A DNA stretch of 42,500 bases from an uncultured Staphylococcaceae bacterium (GTDB taxonomy: Bacteria; Bacillota_I; Bacilli_A; RFN20; CAG-826): NCBI GenBank assembly GCA_964395495.1, contig CAYNBG010000001.1:1-42500 (forward strand). Direction: 5' to 3'. A program made the translations under genes and the position numbers. Below the pieces are notes generated by a model, which was given only the letters and a program-made list of their open reading frames with translations, was not told the DNA's origin and ran no database searches. Position 1 is the first letter of the stretch, and every line of letters begins with the position of its first letter. Shown piece after piece: positions 27,912 to 37,228 of this stretch.

Positions 27912-30503
27912 TTAGTTCGTATGGATATCATCATATTTATGTTCAGGTGCAGCTTTAGCATCTTTATCAATGTTTGTGATATCTAATTCCTTACTATTTG
28001 TTTCTTCTTTAACAACCTTCATTGATTCAGCATTTTTAACATCAGCAGACTCGACTTTTGTTTCTTGTTGAGGAGCGACATTTATAGTAAATGAACTCTT
28101 CTTTTCTTCTTTTTCTTGAACTTTTACATTAAGTAAATTTAATACAACTTCAAGAGAAATAACTTCAAGCATTTCTCTAAACATAGCCCAGCCTTCGTTA
28201 ACATAATCTTGAAGAGGATTAATTTGTCCATAGCCTCTAAGACCAACAGACTCTCTAAATCTTGTCATATTATCAATTTGTTGTGTCCAGTTTCTATCAA
28301 TACATCTAAGAGTGATTTGTCTTTCAACTTGTTCAATTTGTTCACTATCAAATTTTTCTTTTTTATGTTTATAAGAATCTAATAAAATATCTCTTAAATC
28401 TTCACCAACTTCTTTTGGATCAGCATCATCATATAAAGCTGGTTTAATTACTCCGTCAGGAATAAATCTAGGAACGCATAATTTAACCAATTCTTCACCA
28501 CTTACAGATTTGTTAGGTGAATTTTCAGGGACAGCTCTTTTAGCTAAAGCTTGGCCACAATCAGCAAATGTTTCATTTAATAAGCTTGTAATATCATCTG
28601 CATATAATATTTGATCACGTTTTGCATACATAATTTGTCTTTGTTTGCTTAAAACATCATCATAATCTAATAAATTTTTACGGACATCAAAGTTTTGACC
28701 TTCTATACGTTTTTGAGCGCTTGTAATAGCATTTGATAACATCTTAGATTCAATCGCTTCATCACCGTATCCATCAAAAATTTTTCTTAATCTATCGTTA
28801 GCAAAACGAACCATAAGTTCATCATCTAATGAAACATAGAATCTAGAAAAACCTGGGTCACCTTGTCTACCACTACGACCTCTTAATTGGTTATCGATAC
28901 GTCTTGATTCATGTCTTTCTAAACCAAAAACACAAAGACCGCCTAAAGCTCTTGTTTCAGGAGTTAGCTTAATATCGGTACCACGACCAGCCATATTTGT
29001 TGCAAGTGTAATTCTACCTCTTTCACCAGCATGAGAAATAATTTCAGCTTCACTAGCATGGTTTTTAGCATTCAACATTTCAAATTTAAGATTTGCTTTA
29101 TCAAGATATTTAGCTAACTCTTCACTAGCTTCAACAGAAGGTGTACCAATAAGGATTGGTTGTCCTTTTTCATGTCTTTCTTGAATTTCCTTTACCATAG
29201 CCTTAATTTTTGCCTCTTTATGAGCAAAAACAAAGTCAACAGCATCGTCTCTAATAACAGGTTTATTAGTTGGAATACAAATAACTCTCATATTGTAAAT
29301 CTTTTGGAATTCTTCTTCTTCAGTTTTAGCAGTACCAGTCATACCACCAATCTTTTTAAACAATCTAAAGAAGTTTTGATAAGTAATTGTAGCTAAGGTA
29401 ACTGTTTCTTCTTTAATTTTAACGCCTTCTTTAGCTTGAATAGCTTGTTGTAAACCATCGCTATATTCTCTGCCTTTTAAAACACGTCCTGTAAATTGAT
29501 CAATTAATTGAATTTCATTATTTTGATCTACTAAATATTCAACATCTCTACTCATTATGTAATTAGCTTTTAAAGCTTGATGAATTCTATGAACAAGGTC
29601 TTGAAGTTGAGGTGCATAAAGATTTGGTATACCGAATAATTTTTCTGCTTTATCAACACCTTTATCGGTTAAATTAACAGATTTAGTCTTTACATCAACT
29701 TCAAAATCTCCATCTGGAACATAATCAGGATGTTTTCTTTTATATTCTTCATCAACATAAGTAGATGGAGTTAACATTTTTACAAATCTATCAGCAACTG
29801 TATATTGACTTGCGCTTGCTTTTGCACCACCAGAAATAATAAGAGGGGTTCTAGATTCATCAATCAAAACACTATCAGCTTCATCAACAATACAGAAATT
29901 CAATCCTCTTAAAACACGTTGACCAACAGTAGGAGCCATATTATCTCTAAGATAATCGAAACCTAATTCAGAGTTAATAGTATATGTAACATCACAAAGG
30001 TGAACCTTTTTCTTCTCCATTGTATTTAATGAATGTAAATTACATCCAACAGTTAAACCTAACCATCTATAAATTTGACCCATCTCATTTGAGTCTCTTT
30101 GTGCAAGATATTCATTAACAGTGACAACGTGAACACCCTTACCACTTAATGCATTTAAATAAACAGGCATAGTTGCAGTTAAGGTTTTACCTTCACCAGT
30201 TCTCATTTCAGCAACATTACCATCATTTAAAACCAAACCACCAATAATCTGACAATGGAATGCAAACATTCCTAAAACTCTTTTTCCAGCTTCTCTACAA
30301 ACAGCAAAAGCTTCATATTTAATATCATCTAATGTAGCACCTTTGCTCAATCTTTCTTTAAATTCATTTGTCTTAGCCTTTAACTCATCATCACTTAATG
30401 CAGCCATTGCTTTAGCATATGATTCAACCTTGTGAGCTTGTCTATCATACTTCTTTAATGTTCTAGCATCGATTCTAAAAATTTTTTCAATAATATTTCC
30501 CAT
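27912..30503 (-). CDS. secA: preprotein translocase ATPase SecA
   Basis: 863 aa. MRTGEGKTL, DEADSVLIDESRTPLIISG, TNMAGRGTDI. The C-terminus lacks the Cys/His zinc tail. Confidence 0.97.
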   Translation of the reverse strand: MGNIIEKIFRIDARTLKKYDRQAHKVESYAKAMAALSDDELKAKTNEFKERLSKGATLDDIKYEAFAVCREAGKRVLGMFAFHCQIIGGLVLNDGNVAEMRTGEGKTLTATMPVYLNALSGKGVHVVTVNEYLAQRDSNEMGQIYRWLGLTVGCNLHSLNTMEKKKVHLCDVTYTINSELGFDYLRDNMAPTVGQRVLRGLNFCIVDEADSVLIDESRTPLIISGGAKASASQYTVADRFVKMLTPSTYVDEEYKRKHPDYVPDGDFEVDVKTKSVNLTDKGVDKAEKLFGIPNLYAPQLQDLVHRIHQALKANYIMSRDVEYLVDQNNEIQLIDQFTGRVLKGREYSDGLQQAIQAKEGVKIKEETVTLATITYQNFFRLFKKIGGMTGTAKTEEEEFQKIYNMRVICIPTNKPVIRDDAVDFVFAHKEAKIKAMVKEIQERHEKGQPILIGTPSVEASEELAKYLDKANLKFEMLNAKNHASEAEIISHAGERGRITLATNMAGRGTDIKLTPETRALGGLCVFGLERHESRRIDNQLRGRSGRQGDPGFSRFYVSLDDELMVRFANDRLRKIFDGYGDEAIESKMLSNAITSAQKRIEGQNFDVRKNLLDYDDVLSKQRQIMYAKRDQILYADDITSLLNETFADCGQALAKRAVPENSPNKSVSGEELVKLCVPRFIPDGVIKPALYDDADPKEVGEDLRDILLDSYKHKKEKFDSEQIEQVERQITLRCIDRNWTQQIDNMTRFRESVGLRGYGQINPLQDYVNEGWAMFREMLEVISLEVVLNLLNVKVQEKEEKKSSFTINVAPQQETKVESADVKNAESMKVVKEETNSKELDITNIDKDAKAAPEHKYDDIHTN

Positions 30504-30568
30504 AACATTCTACCTCGAGTGTATACTTTTAAATTATACCATTATAAATAATGGTAAACAAAACAATT

Positions 30569-31291
30569 TTATTGAATAACATCCATTTTAAATTTATTAT
30601 ATCTAAAATCAAACTCTCTTTTAGACATAACTAACGCTTTAATGACTTTAGGATTCAACTTTCTAAGTTCGTTAATAGCAGCAAATAAGGTTGATCCAGT
30701 TGTAATAACATCATCAACTATCAATATCTTTTTCCCAGTTAAGTCGATCTTTTTTGATAAAACTATATGTTTTCCTGCATCTTTTCTTTTTCTATAACTA
30801 TTTTTAGCTTGTTTATCATCACCAACTTTTACCAAAATATCAAGCTTATTTAATTTTAAAAAACTAAACATTTCAATAACGTGGTTAAAGCCTCTCTTTT
30901 TGTCACTTTTTTTATTCGATGGTATGAAAACAATATTATATCCCCTATATTTTTGATTTAATTCCAATGAATATTGGTTTAAAAATGTTGAAAACAACTC
31001 ATAATCAAAACATCCCTTATATACGAATAATTTTTCTTTTATCAAATTTTTATATTCATAAATTGATAAAACTTCAATTCCATTAAACTTGAAACTTTTA
31101 AATTTTGGCTCATAATTTTTTAAACAACTTGAGCATATTGACATATCATTCAAAACAGAATGAAAAGAATCATTTTTAAGCTCTTTAAAGCAAACTTTAC
31201 AAATTTGAGTTTGCTTTTTTTGTGAATTCAATTGCATCTTCCATTGCTTTAGTTTTTTTAGAACACAAGTAATAAACTTCACCTTTTTCAT
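30569..31291 (-). CDS. comFC: ComF-family phosphoribosyltransferase-like protein (ComFC)
   Basis: N-terminal CxxC...CxxC (ICKVCF...ICSSCL) plus the PRT motif ILIVDDVITTGSTL. Start is uncertain, ATG 31291 or ATG 31237. Overlaps the comFA 3' end. Confidence 0.75.
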   Translation of the reverse strand: MKKVKFITCVLKKLKQWKMQLNSQKKQTQICKVCFKELKNDSFHSVLNDMSICSSCLKNYEPKFKSFKFNGIEVLSIYEYKNLIKEKLFVYKGCFDYELFSTFLNQYSLELNQKYRGYNIVFIPSNKKSDKKRGFNHVIEMFSFLKLNKLDILVKVGDDKQAKNSYRKRKDAGKHIVLSKKIDLTGKKILIVDDVITTGSTLFAAINELRKLNPKVIKALVMSKREFDFRYNKFKMDVIQ

Positions 31292-32369
31292 AACCTATTA
31301 CCCTACCAACTCTTCCAGATATTTGTAAAAGAGCATATTTATTGTAAATTTCACTATCCGCATTAAATATAATAACTTGCAAATTTTTAACTGTAACACC
31401 TCTTTCTAAAACTGCAGTTGTTACTAAATACTTATATTTTTTGTCCCTAAAATCTTGAATAATTTTTGCTCTATTATCTCTTTTAGAATTTACGTAATTA
31501 CCTTTTTTAACAAATTTTGAAATTATGTCAAAAACAACCTTAGATTCATCGATGGTAGGAGTAAAAATAAAACATTGTTTGTCATTTTCAATATACTTCT
31601 TAAGCTTATTTATTAAAAAAATATATTTTAAAAAAGAAAACGAAATCTTAATTTTTGGTACAGGAATTGGTTTTTTGTGATACCTTGTAAAAAGTTTTTC
31701 AATCCTATTATTTCCTTTTGAAAACTCCTTTAAAGTTGAATCATCTGGAGTCGCCGACATCAATATAAAATTGCCTTTAACACTTCTTTTAAACAAAGCA
31801 TTTAAAACATCATTTCCTTTATAGGGAAAAGCATCTATTTCATCAAGTATTAAAAGATCAAAATAATTATTATATCTATACAACTGATGTGTAGTTAAAC
31901 AAATGATATCTCCATATAAATGCGAAGTATTTCCTCCATATAATGATGTAATTAGATTATTTTTAAATGTATTCTTAAACCTAACTGCAAGTTCAATAAC
32001 AACGTCTTTTCGTGGAACGGCAAAACCTACCTTGAATTTGTTTGAAAGGGCGTACTCAATTACTCTAAAAACTAACTCAGTTTTGCCAGCTCCACAAACA
32101 GCGTAAACTAAAGTGTTTAAATGGTTTTTATAATTTTCTAATAATTGTTTAGATATTCTATCTTGATCTTCACTTAAACCATATTTTAAAAAAGCTTTAC
32201 TTTGTTTTTTTATAAAACTAATATTTAAATCTGCTGATTCACCTTTAAAAGAAATACATTTTCTACAATAAGGTTTATTATTCTTATATCCAACATATTT
32301 TAAATCTTCATTACCACATAAATCACATTTAAATTTACTTATATAATAAAAACCTCCTTCATTATACAA
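31197..32369 (-). CDS. comFA: ComFA-like DEAD/DEAH-box helicase (competence protein FA family)
   Basis: N-terminal zinc finger CDLCG...CRKC, Walker A AVCGAGKT, DEID box, MSATP, QISGRVGR. There is no in-frame ATG near the 5' end. The track start is a TTG inside a hairpin loop, so the true start is unresolved. Confidence 0.75.
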   Translation of the reverse strand: MYNEGGFYYISKFKCDLCGNEDLKYVGYKNNKPYCRKCISFKGESADLNISFIKKQSKAFLKYGLSEDQDRISKQLLENYKNHLNTLVYAVCGAGKTELVFRVIEYALSNKFKVGFAVPRKDVVIELAVRFKNTFKNNLITSLYGGNTSHLYGDIICLTTHQLYRYNNYFDLLILDEIDAFPYKGNDVLNALFKRSVKGNFILMSATPDDSTLKEFSKGNNRIEKLFTRYHKKPIPVPKIKISFSFLKYIFLINKLKKYIENDKQCFIFTPTIDESKVVFDIISKFVKKGNYVNSKRDNRAKIIQDFRDKKYKYLVTTAVLERGVTVKNLQVIIFNADSEIYNKYALLQISGRVGRVIGYEKGEVYYLCSKKTKAMEDAIEFTKKANSNL

Positions 32370-32392
32370 GACGTATAAATTAAGGAGGTTTT
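32349..32392 (-). terminator. long hairpin between rpiB and comFA (terminator-like; its 3' arm is the comFA Shine-Dalgarno)
   Basis: AAAACCTCCTT (32349-32359) pairs perfectly with AAGGAGGTTTT (32382-32392). An inner stem is formed by TTATAC (32362-32367) and GTATAA (32373-32378). On the minus strand it is followed by a U-rich run. Confidence 0.55.
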
Positions 32393-32401
32393 AACATATT
32401 A

Positions 32402-32854
32402 TTATTTATTTTCGTAATTTGTTATAGTTTGAACTCTTACTTCGTGTCTCCCACCTTCAAAATCTGTATTTAAGAAAATTTTAATTCTTTTAATAACATC
32501 TTCTAAAGATGTAAAATGAGCGCCAAATGATATCATATTTGCATTATTATGTTGTTTAATTAACATTGAAACTTCATCATTATAGCCAATTCCACATCTA
32601 ACGTTTTTAACTTTATTAGCAGCAATAGCTACACCTTCTCCGGAATTACAAATCAATACACCATAATCAGCTTCTTTTAAAGAAACCATATTGGCAGCTT
32701 TAATTGCAAATTCAGCATAATTACAACTTTCTTTGCTATTAGTTCCTACATCAATAACTTCGTAACCATCATTTTGAAGTTCCTTAATTACTGCTTTTTT
32801 GTATTCAAAACCACCATGATCTGAACCAATAACTATTTTTAATTTATTTTTCAT
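32402..32854 (-). CDS. rpiB: ribose-5-phosphate isomerase B
   Basis: 150 aa. KIVIGSDHGGFEYK ... GVLICNSGEGVAIAANK. Confidence 0.93.
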   Translation of the reverse strand: MKNKLKIVIGSDHGGFEYKKAVIKELQNDGYEVIDVGTNSKESCNYAEFAIKAANMVSLKEADYGVLICNSGEGVAIAANKVKNVRCGIGYNDEVSMLIKQHNNANMISFGAHFTSLEDVIKRIKIFLNTDFEGGRHEVRVQTITNYENK

Positions 32855-33452
32855 TCAATGCTTCCTCCAATTGTTCTTTAGTTATAATACCTTGTCTGAG
32901 CACATTTAACTTCCCATCTTTTAAAATAACTACTGTAGATGGAACATTACTATATCCATGACCCTTTACGATTACATCAATTTTATCCTTAAAATAAAAT
33001 AATGCATCTTCATCATTTAAAGCGACAGGTTGGCCAGAAATATTTGCACTAGTTACTAATAATGGTTCACCAACTTCACCAATCATATTTAAAACAAAAT
33101 CATCATCTGGAATTCTAATTCCAATATATCCAGTTTTTAAATCTAAATAATCTTTTAGACCTTCTTTCGCTTTTAAAATCAATGTTAATTGACCAGGGAA
33201 AAACTTATTAATAATTTTTAAAGCTTTTTCATCGATTTCTACATATGGTCTAGCTTGTTCTATGGATGAACACATTAAAGTAAAAGGCTTATCAGCAGGT
33301 CTATTTTTAACTCTACACAATTCATTAAAACATTCTTCTTTACTAGCTAAGCAACCAAGACCAAAAACAGTTTCAGTAGGAAAAGCAACTAAACCACCAT
33401 CTTTTAACACAGCAACAGCTTTTTTATAATCACATTTCGAAATAATTAACAT
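32844..33452 (-). CDS. tsaC: L-threonylcarbamoyladenylate synthase (Sua5/YwlC/TsaC family, YrdC domain only)
   Basis: GGLVAFPTETVFGLG ... LVTSANISGQP. Start placed at ATG 33452, 5 nt after AAGGAGG. The track ORF extends to 33491. Confidence 0.88.
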   Translation of the reverse strand: MLIISKCDYKKAVAVLKDGGLVAFPTETVFGLGCLASKEECFNELCRVKNRPADKPFTLMCSSIEQARPYVEIDEKALKIINKFFPGQLTLILKAKEGLKDYLDLKTGYIGIRIPDDDFVLNMIGEVGEPLLVTSANISGQPVALNDEDALFYFKDKIDVIVKGHGYSNVPSTVVILKDGKLNVLRQGIITKEQLEEALNEK

Positions 33453-34308
33453 TATAGCCTCCTTCAATAAGCAAATATCTATCTTTGCCATATATATCTT
33501 TTAAGAATACAAAACTTGTAGTTTCATCTTTAAAATATTTACCAATTAAACTTGTCAATTCATCTTTTTGATCATAATTAATTTCAAAAGCCATCAAAAA
33601 TTTATCATTTAAAAATTCTTTATAATGTTTAAAACATTCTTCATAAAATAAATTATTGTTTTCAATAAAGACAGCATGCCTAGGTTCATAATCCCAAACT
33701 TTCTTTTCTATATCATTTTTATTTTTAACATATGGTGGATTTGATAAAAATACATCACATTTAATATGGTTTTTTAATAAATAGTCAAGTTTGTCGCTCA
33801 TAATAAAATCAACATCTAACGATAATTGTTTACCATTTCTTTTAGCTACATTTAAAGCGTTTATGTCTATATCTGTTCCTAAAACTTTAGAATCTTTATA
33901 AATAGATTTCATAAACAAAGCAATGCAACCAGAGCCAGTACACATATCGACGATTGTATCATGTTTCATATTATTATCTTCAATTATTTTTCTAACAATT
34001 GTAACAAGACCTTCAGTTTCAATTCTAGGAATTAAAACATTTTTATCAACATATAAAGGAAGTGTAACAAAACTTGCTTCATTAATTACATACTGATAAG
34101 GCTCACCATTTTTCATCCTATCAAAATAAGAATTAAATAAATCTAAATCTTTAATTTCTTTATCAAAATTAACAATTAAATCAGTAAAACTTTCAAAGTT
34201 ATTTACTTTTAAAAGTAAATCATTTATTACTGATGAAGGTACATCAATCTCTTTAGAATTTATCTCTTTTTTTGTATTTATAAAAACTTGTCTATTTGTT
34301 AAATTCAT
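33430..34308 (-). CDS. prmC: release factor glutamine N5-methyltransferase
   Basis: 292 aa. LIPRIETE, DMCTGSGCIA, and the NPPY motif (FLSNPPYV). The start overlaps the prfA stop (TAATG). Confidence 0.93.
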   Translation of the reverse strand: MNLTNRQVFINTKKEINSKEIDVPSSVINDLLLKVNNFESFTDLIVNFDKEIKDLDLFNSYFDRMKNGEPYQYVINEASFVTLPLYVDKNVLIPRIETEGLVTIVRKIIEDNNMKHDTIVDMCTGSGCIALFMKSIYKDSKVLGTDIDINALNVAKRNGKQLSLDVDFIMSDKLDYLLKNHIKCDVFLSNPPYVKNKNDIEKKVWDYEPRHAVFIENNNLFYEECFKHYKEFLNDKFLMAFEINYDQKDELTSLIGKYFKDETTSFVFLKDIYGKDRYLLIEGGYNVNYFEM

Positions 34309-35381
34309 TATTTATTACCAGCTATTTTTTGTTCTTGTTCATAATTAATTAAAGCATCAATTACACTGTCAAGTTCACCTTCCATAACTCTATCAAGTTG
34401 TTGAATTGTATAACCGATTCTATGGTCAGTAACTCTATTTTGAGGATAGTTATATGTTCTAATTTTTTCGTTTCTATCTCCACTACCAATTTTGCTTCTA
34501 AATTGAGCTTCGCTTGCTTCTTTCTTTTCAATTTCAAGTTGAGCAAGTTTACTAGCTAACATTTCCATACAAATTTCATGGTTTTGAATTTGTGATTTTT
34601 CAGTTTGACATGAAACAACAATACCTGTAGGAATATGAGTAATTCTAACTGCAGATTCTGTTTTATTAACGTTTTGACCACCAGCACCTTGTGATCTATA
34701 TCTATCGACTTTTAAATCTTCAGTTCTAATATTTACATCATTAACTTCAAGTTTTGGCATAACAACAACAGTTGCAGTCGATGTGTGGATTCTACCATTT
34801 GCTTCAGTCTTAGGAACACGTTGAACTCTATGAACACCAGATTCAAATTTTAAATGTGAATATGCATCATCTCCACTAACAACAAAAGAAATATAAGAAT
34901 AGCCTCCTACTCCACAAGGGTTTTCATCAAGTATTTTATATTTAAATCCTTTTGCATCACAATATTTGATATACATTCTAAATAAATCACCAGCAAAAAT
35001 ATCAGCTTCATCTCCGCCAACTGCACCCTTAATTTCAAAAATTATATCCTTTCCGTCATTAGGATCTCTTGGTAATAACAAAACCTTAATCTCTTCTTCA
35101 ATTGAAACTAACTTATCAGCGCTAGATTTATATTCTTCTTTTCCCATTGCACTAATTTCAGGATCAGAATCATTACTCATTTCTAAAGCATCTTCCATAT
35201 TCTTTTTGTTAAATTTATATTCAACAAATTTGTCTACAATAGGTTCAAGATAACTTCTTTCTTTATTTAATTCTTTAAATTTCTTCAAATCATTAGTTAT
35301 ATTTGGATCACTTAATAATTCATCAATTTCTTTAACTCTATTTTCACTTGCTACAAGTCTATCTTGCATATTTTTATCCAT
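34308..35381 (-). CDS. prfA: peptide chain release factor 1
   Basis: 357 aa. PKT/PxT-type recognition region (VQRVPKTE) and GGQ ([18 protein letters not shown]). Confidence 0.96.
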   Translation of the reverse strand: MDKNMQDRLVASENRVKEIDELLSDPNITNDLKKFKELNKERSYLEPIVDKFVEYKFNKKNMEDALEMSNDSDPEISAMGKEEYKSSADKLVSIEEEIKVLLLPRDPNDGKDIIFEIKGAVGGDEADIFAGDLFRMYIKYCDAKGFKYKILDENPCGVGGYSYISFVVSGDDAYSHLKFESGVHRVQRVPKTEANGRIHTSTATVVVMPKLEVNDVNIRTEDLKVDRYRSQGAGGQNVNKTESAVRITHIPTGIVVSCQTEKSQIQNHEICMEMLASKLAQLEIEKKEASEAQFRSKIGSGDRNEKIRTYNYPQNRVTDHRIGYTIQQLDRVMEGELDSVIDALINYEQEQKIAGNK

Positions 35382-35422
35382 AATTAAAAACTCCTCATGT
35401 TAGTTATTAAAAATAATAACAA

Positions 35423-35444
35423 ATATTTAAATTAATTTAAATAT
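35423..35444. repeat. perfect 22-bp palindrome in the prfA/dnaX divergent intergenic region
   Basis: ATATTTAAATT followed by AATTTAAATAT, which is self-complementary over all 22 nt. Confidence 0.8.
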
Positions 35445-35471
35445 AAATAGAAAAATATACATATTATAAAC

Positions 35472-35500
35472 TTTATTAAGTGTCCAATTTATAGTATAAT
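35472..35500 (+). promoter_or_regulatory. putative dnaX promoter
   Basis: TTTATT (35472-35477), a 17-nt spacer, then TATAAT (35495-35500). The ATG lies 13 nt downstream with no SD. Confidence 0.3.
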
Positions 35501-35513
35501 TTAAAATGAATTT

Positions 35514-37217
35514 ATGAATTATTTAGCTCTTTATAGAAAGTATAGAAGTCAAACATTTGATGAGATTGTTGGGCAAGAAGCAATTGTTCAAACTTTAAAG
35601 AACGCTTTTATAACAAAAAAAATTGCTCACGCTTATCTTTTTAGTGGTCCAAGAGGCACTGGTAAAACAAGTATTGCTAGACTTTTTGCAAAGGCATTAA
35701 ATTGCGAAGAAGGTTTAGGACATCAATGTAATCATTGCGAAAGTTGTTTATCAATTAACGAAGGAAATAATCCTGATGTTATAGAAATTGACGCTGCAAG
35801 CAATTCAGGTGTTGATTAAGTTAGAAATTTAATTGATAAAGTAAAATATGCCCCATTTAAAGGAAGATATAAAGTTTACATTATTGACGAAGTCCATATG
35901 ATGACAAATAACGCTTTTAATGCACTACTAAAAACATTAGAAGAACCACCAGAATATGTAGTTTTTATTTTATGTACTACCGAGCCATATAAATTATTAC
36001 CAACAATTTTAAGCAGATGTCAAAGATATGATTTTGGTAAAATTAGTGATGAAAGTCTTAAAAACTTGCTGGTTAGAGTTTTAAATAAAGAAAATATTTC
36101 ATATGAAGATGGAGTTTTAGATTCAATTGTTGAACTTGCTAGTGGAGGAGCTAGAGATGCTCTTTCTTTATTAGATCAACTAATAGCTTATTGCGGAAAC
36201 AATTTGACAAAGGATAGTATTGAAAAAGTATTTGGATTAACAAACAATAAAGAAAAATTAGATTTATTAAAACTAATTCAAACAAAATCCACTACTCTTA
36301 TGTTAGAAAGAACTAATGACTATATAAAAAGAAACATTGATATTTCTAGGCTTGCAAATGAATTATTATTAATTTTAAAAGATAGTTTGATATATTCTAA
36401 AACTAATAGTTCTTCTCTTCTTGAATATATAAAAGAAGAAGAAGCTAAATATGTTAATAGTTTGTTTAGCGATGAAGAGATTAATAACTTAATCGACTTA
36501 TTTATGGAATGTAAAAATCAATTTAAAACATCATCCAACCCTTCTTTTGTTTTTGAAATATATTTATTAAAAGCTATTAATAATAAAAAAGAAGCCGTAA
36601 ACAATATAAATTTTGAAGAAAAGCACATTGATTTAGTCAAACCTAATGTTGATGAAAAACCTATAGAAAATAAAGTCGAAGAAACTAAACCTATATCAAA
36701 AGATGAACCTATCAAAAAACCAATTGAAGCAAAAACAGAAGAAATTAAAATAGAAACCCCAAAAATAGAAAAAGAAATCTCTATAAGCAGTTCAATCGTT
36801 TTAACTGAAGGCGATTCATATCAATTAAGCGATGATGACTTAGTCAAAATTATGGTAACAGGAAATAAACAGCTTAAACGAGAATTAATCGATTTATGGC
36901 CTGCTTTATACAATTTTAAAGACGAAAATGAACTTCCATTTGCTATGATTTTAAAAGATGGTACACCTTATATTGTAAACGAGAAATTCATCGTATTAGT
37001 TTATGATTTTAAAGCGCCTGCTTTAAAAGTTAATATAAAAGAAAATCAAAGTTCTTTTGTAAACATTATTAAAAAATTAACTGGAAATACATATCATATT
37101 TACGCTTTAGATAGGGGCAGATCTACTGCTGCTTATCAACACTACTTAAACTTACAACAAATAAATAAATTACCAAAATCTTGTGATATAAATCTTGATG
37201 ATATTAATTTTAATTAG
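35514..37217 (+). pseudogene. dnaX: DNA polymerase III subunit gamma/tau, interrupted by one in-frame TAA at 35817-35819 (nonsense allele, sequence error or readthrough)
   Basis: Fragment 1 (35514-35816) carries GPRGTGKTS and the Cys4 zinc module. The same frame continues after the TAA with VRNLIDKVKYAPFKGRYKVYIIDEVHMMTNNAFNALLKTLEEPP...SRCQRYDF...GGARDALSLLDQ. The track splits it into 35514-35819 and 35898-37217, both in the same frame. Confidence 0.9.
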
Positions 37218-37228
37218 GAGGAAGTAAT

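Noticed and set aside
27912-28100. SecA C-terminus lacks the canonical Cys/His zinc-binding tail and ends in a Lys/Glu-rich segment.
   Set aside because: As I recall, loss of the SecB-binding zinc tail is common in SecB-less low-GC lineages, so this is not unusual enough to flag.
35514-37217. dnaX interruption as a tau/gamma-type programmed frameshift or transcriptional slippage.
   Set aside because: The two pieces are in the same frame, separated by a plain TAA at codon 102 inside the ATPase domain. There is no slippery A-run at the site, and the position is far upstream of where gamma truncation occurs.
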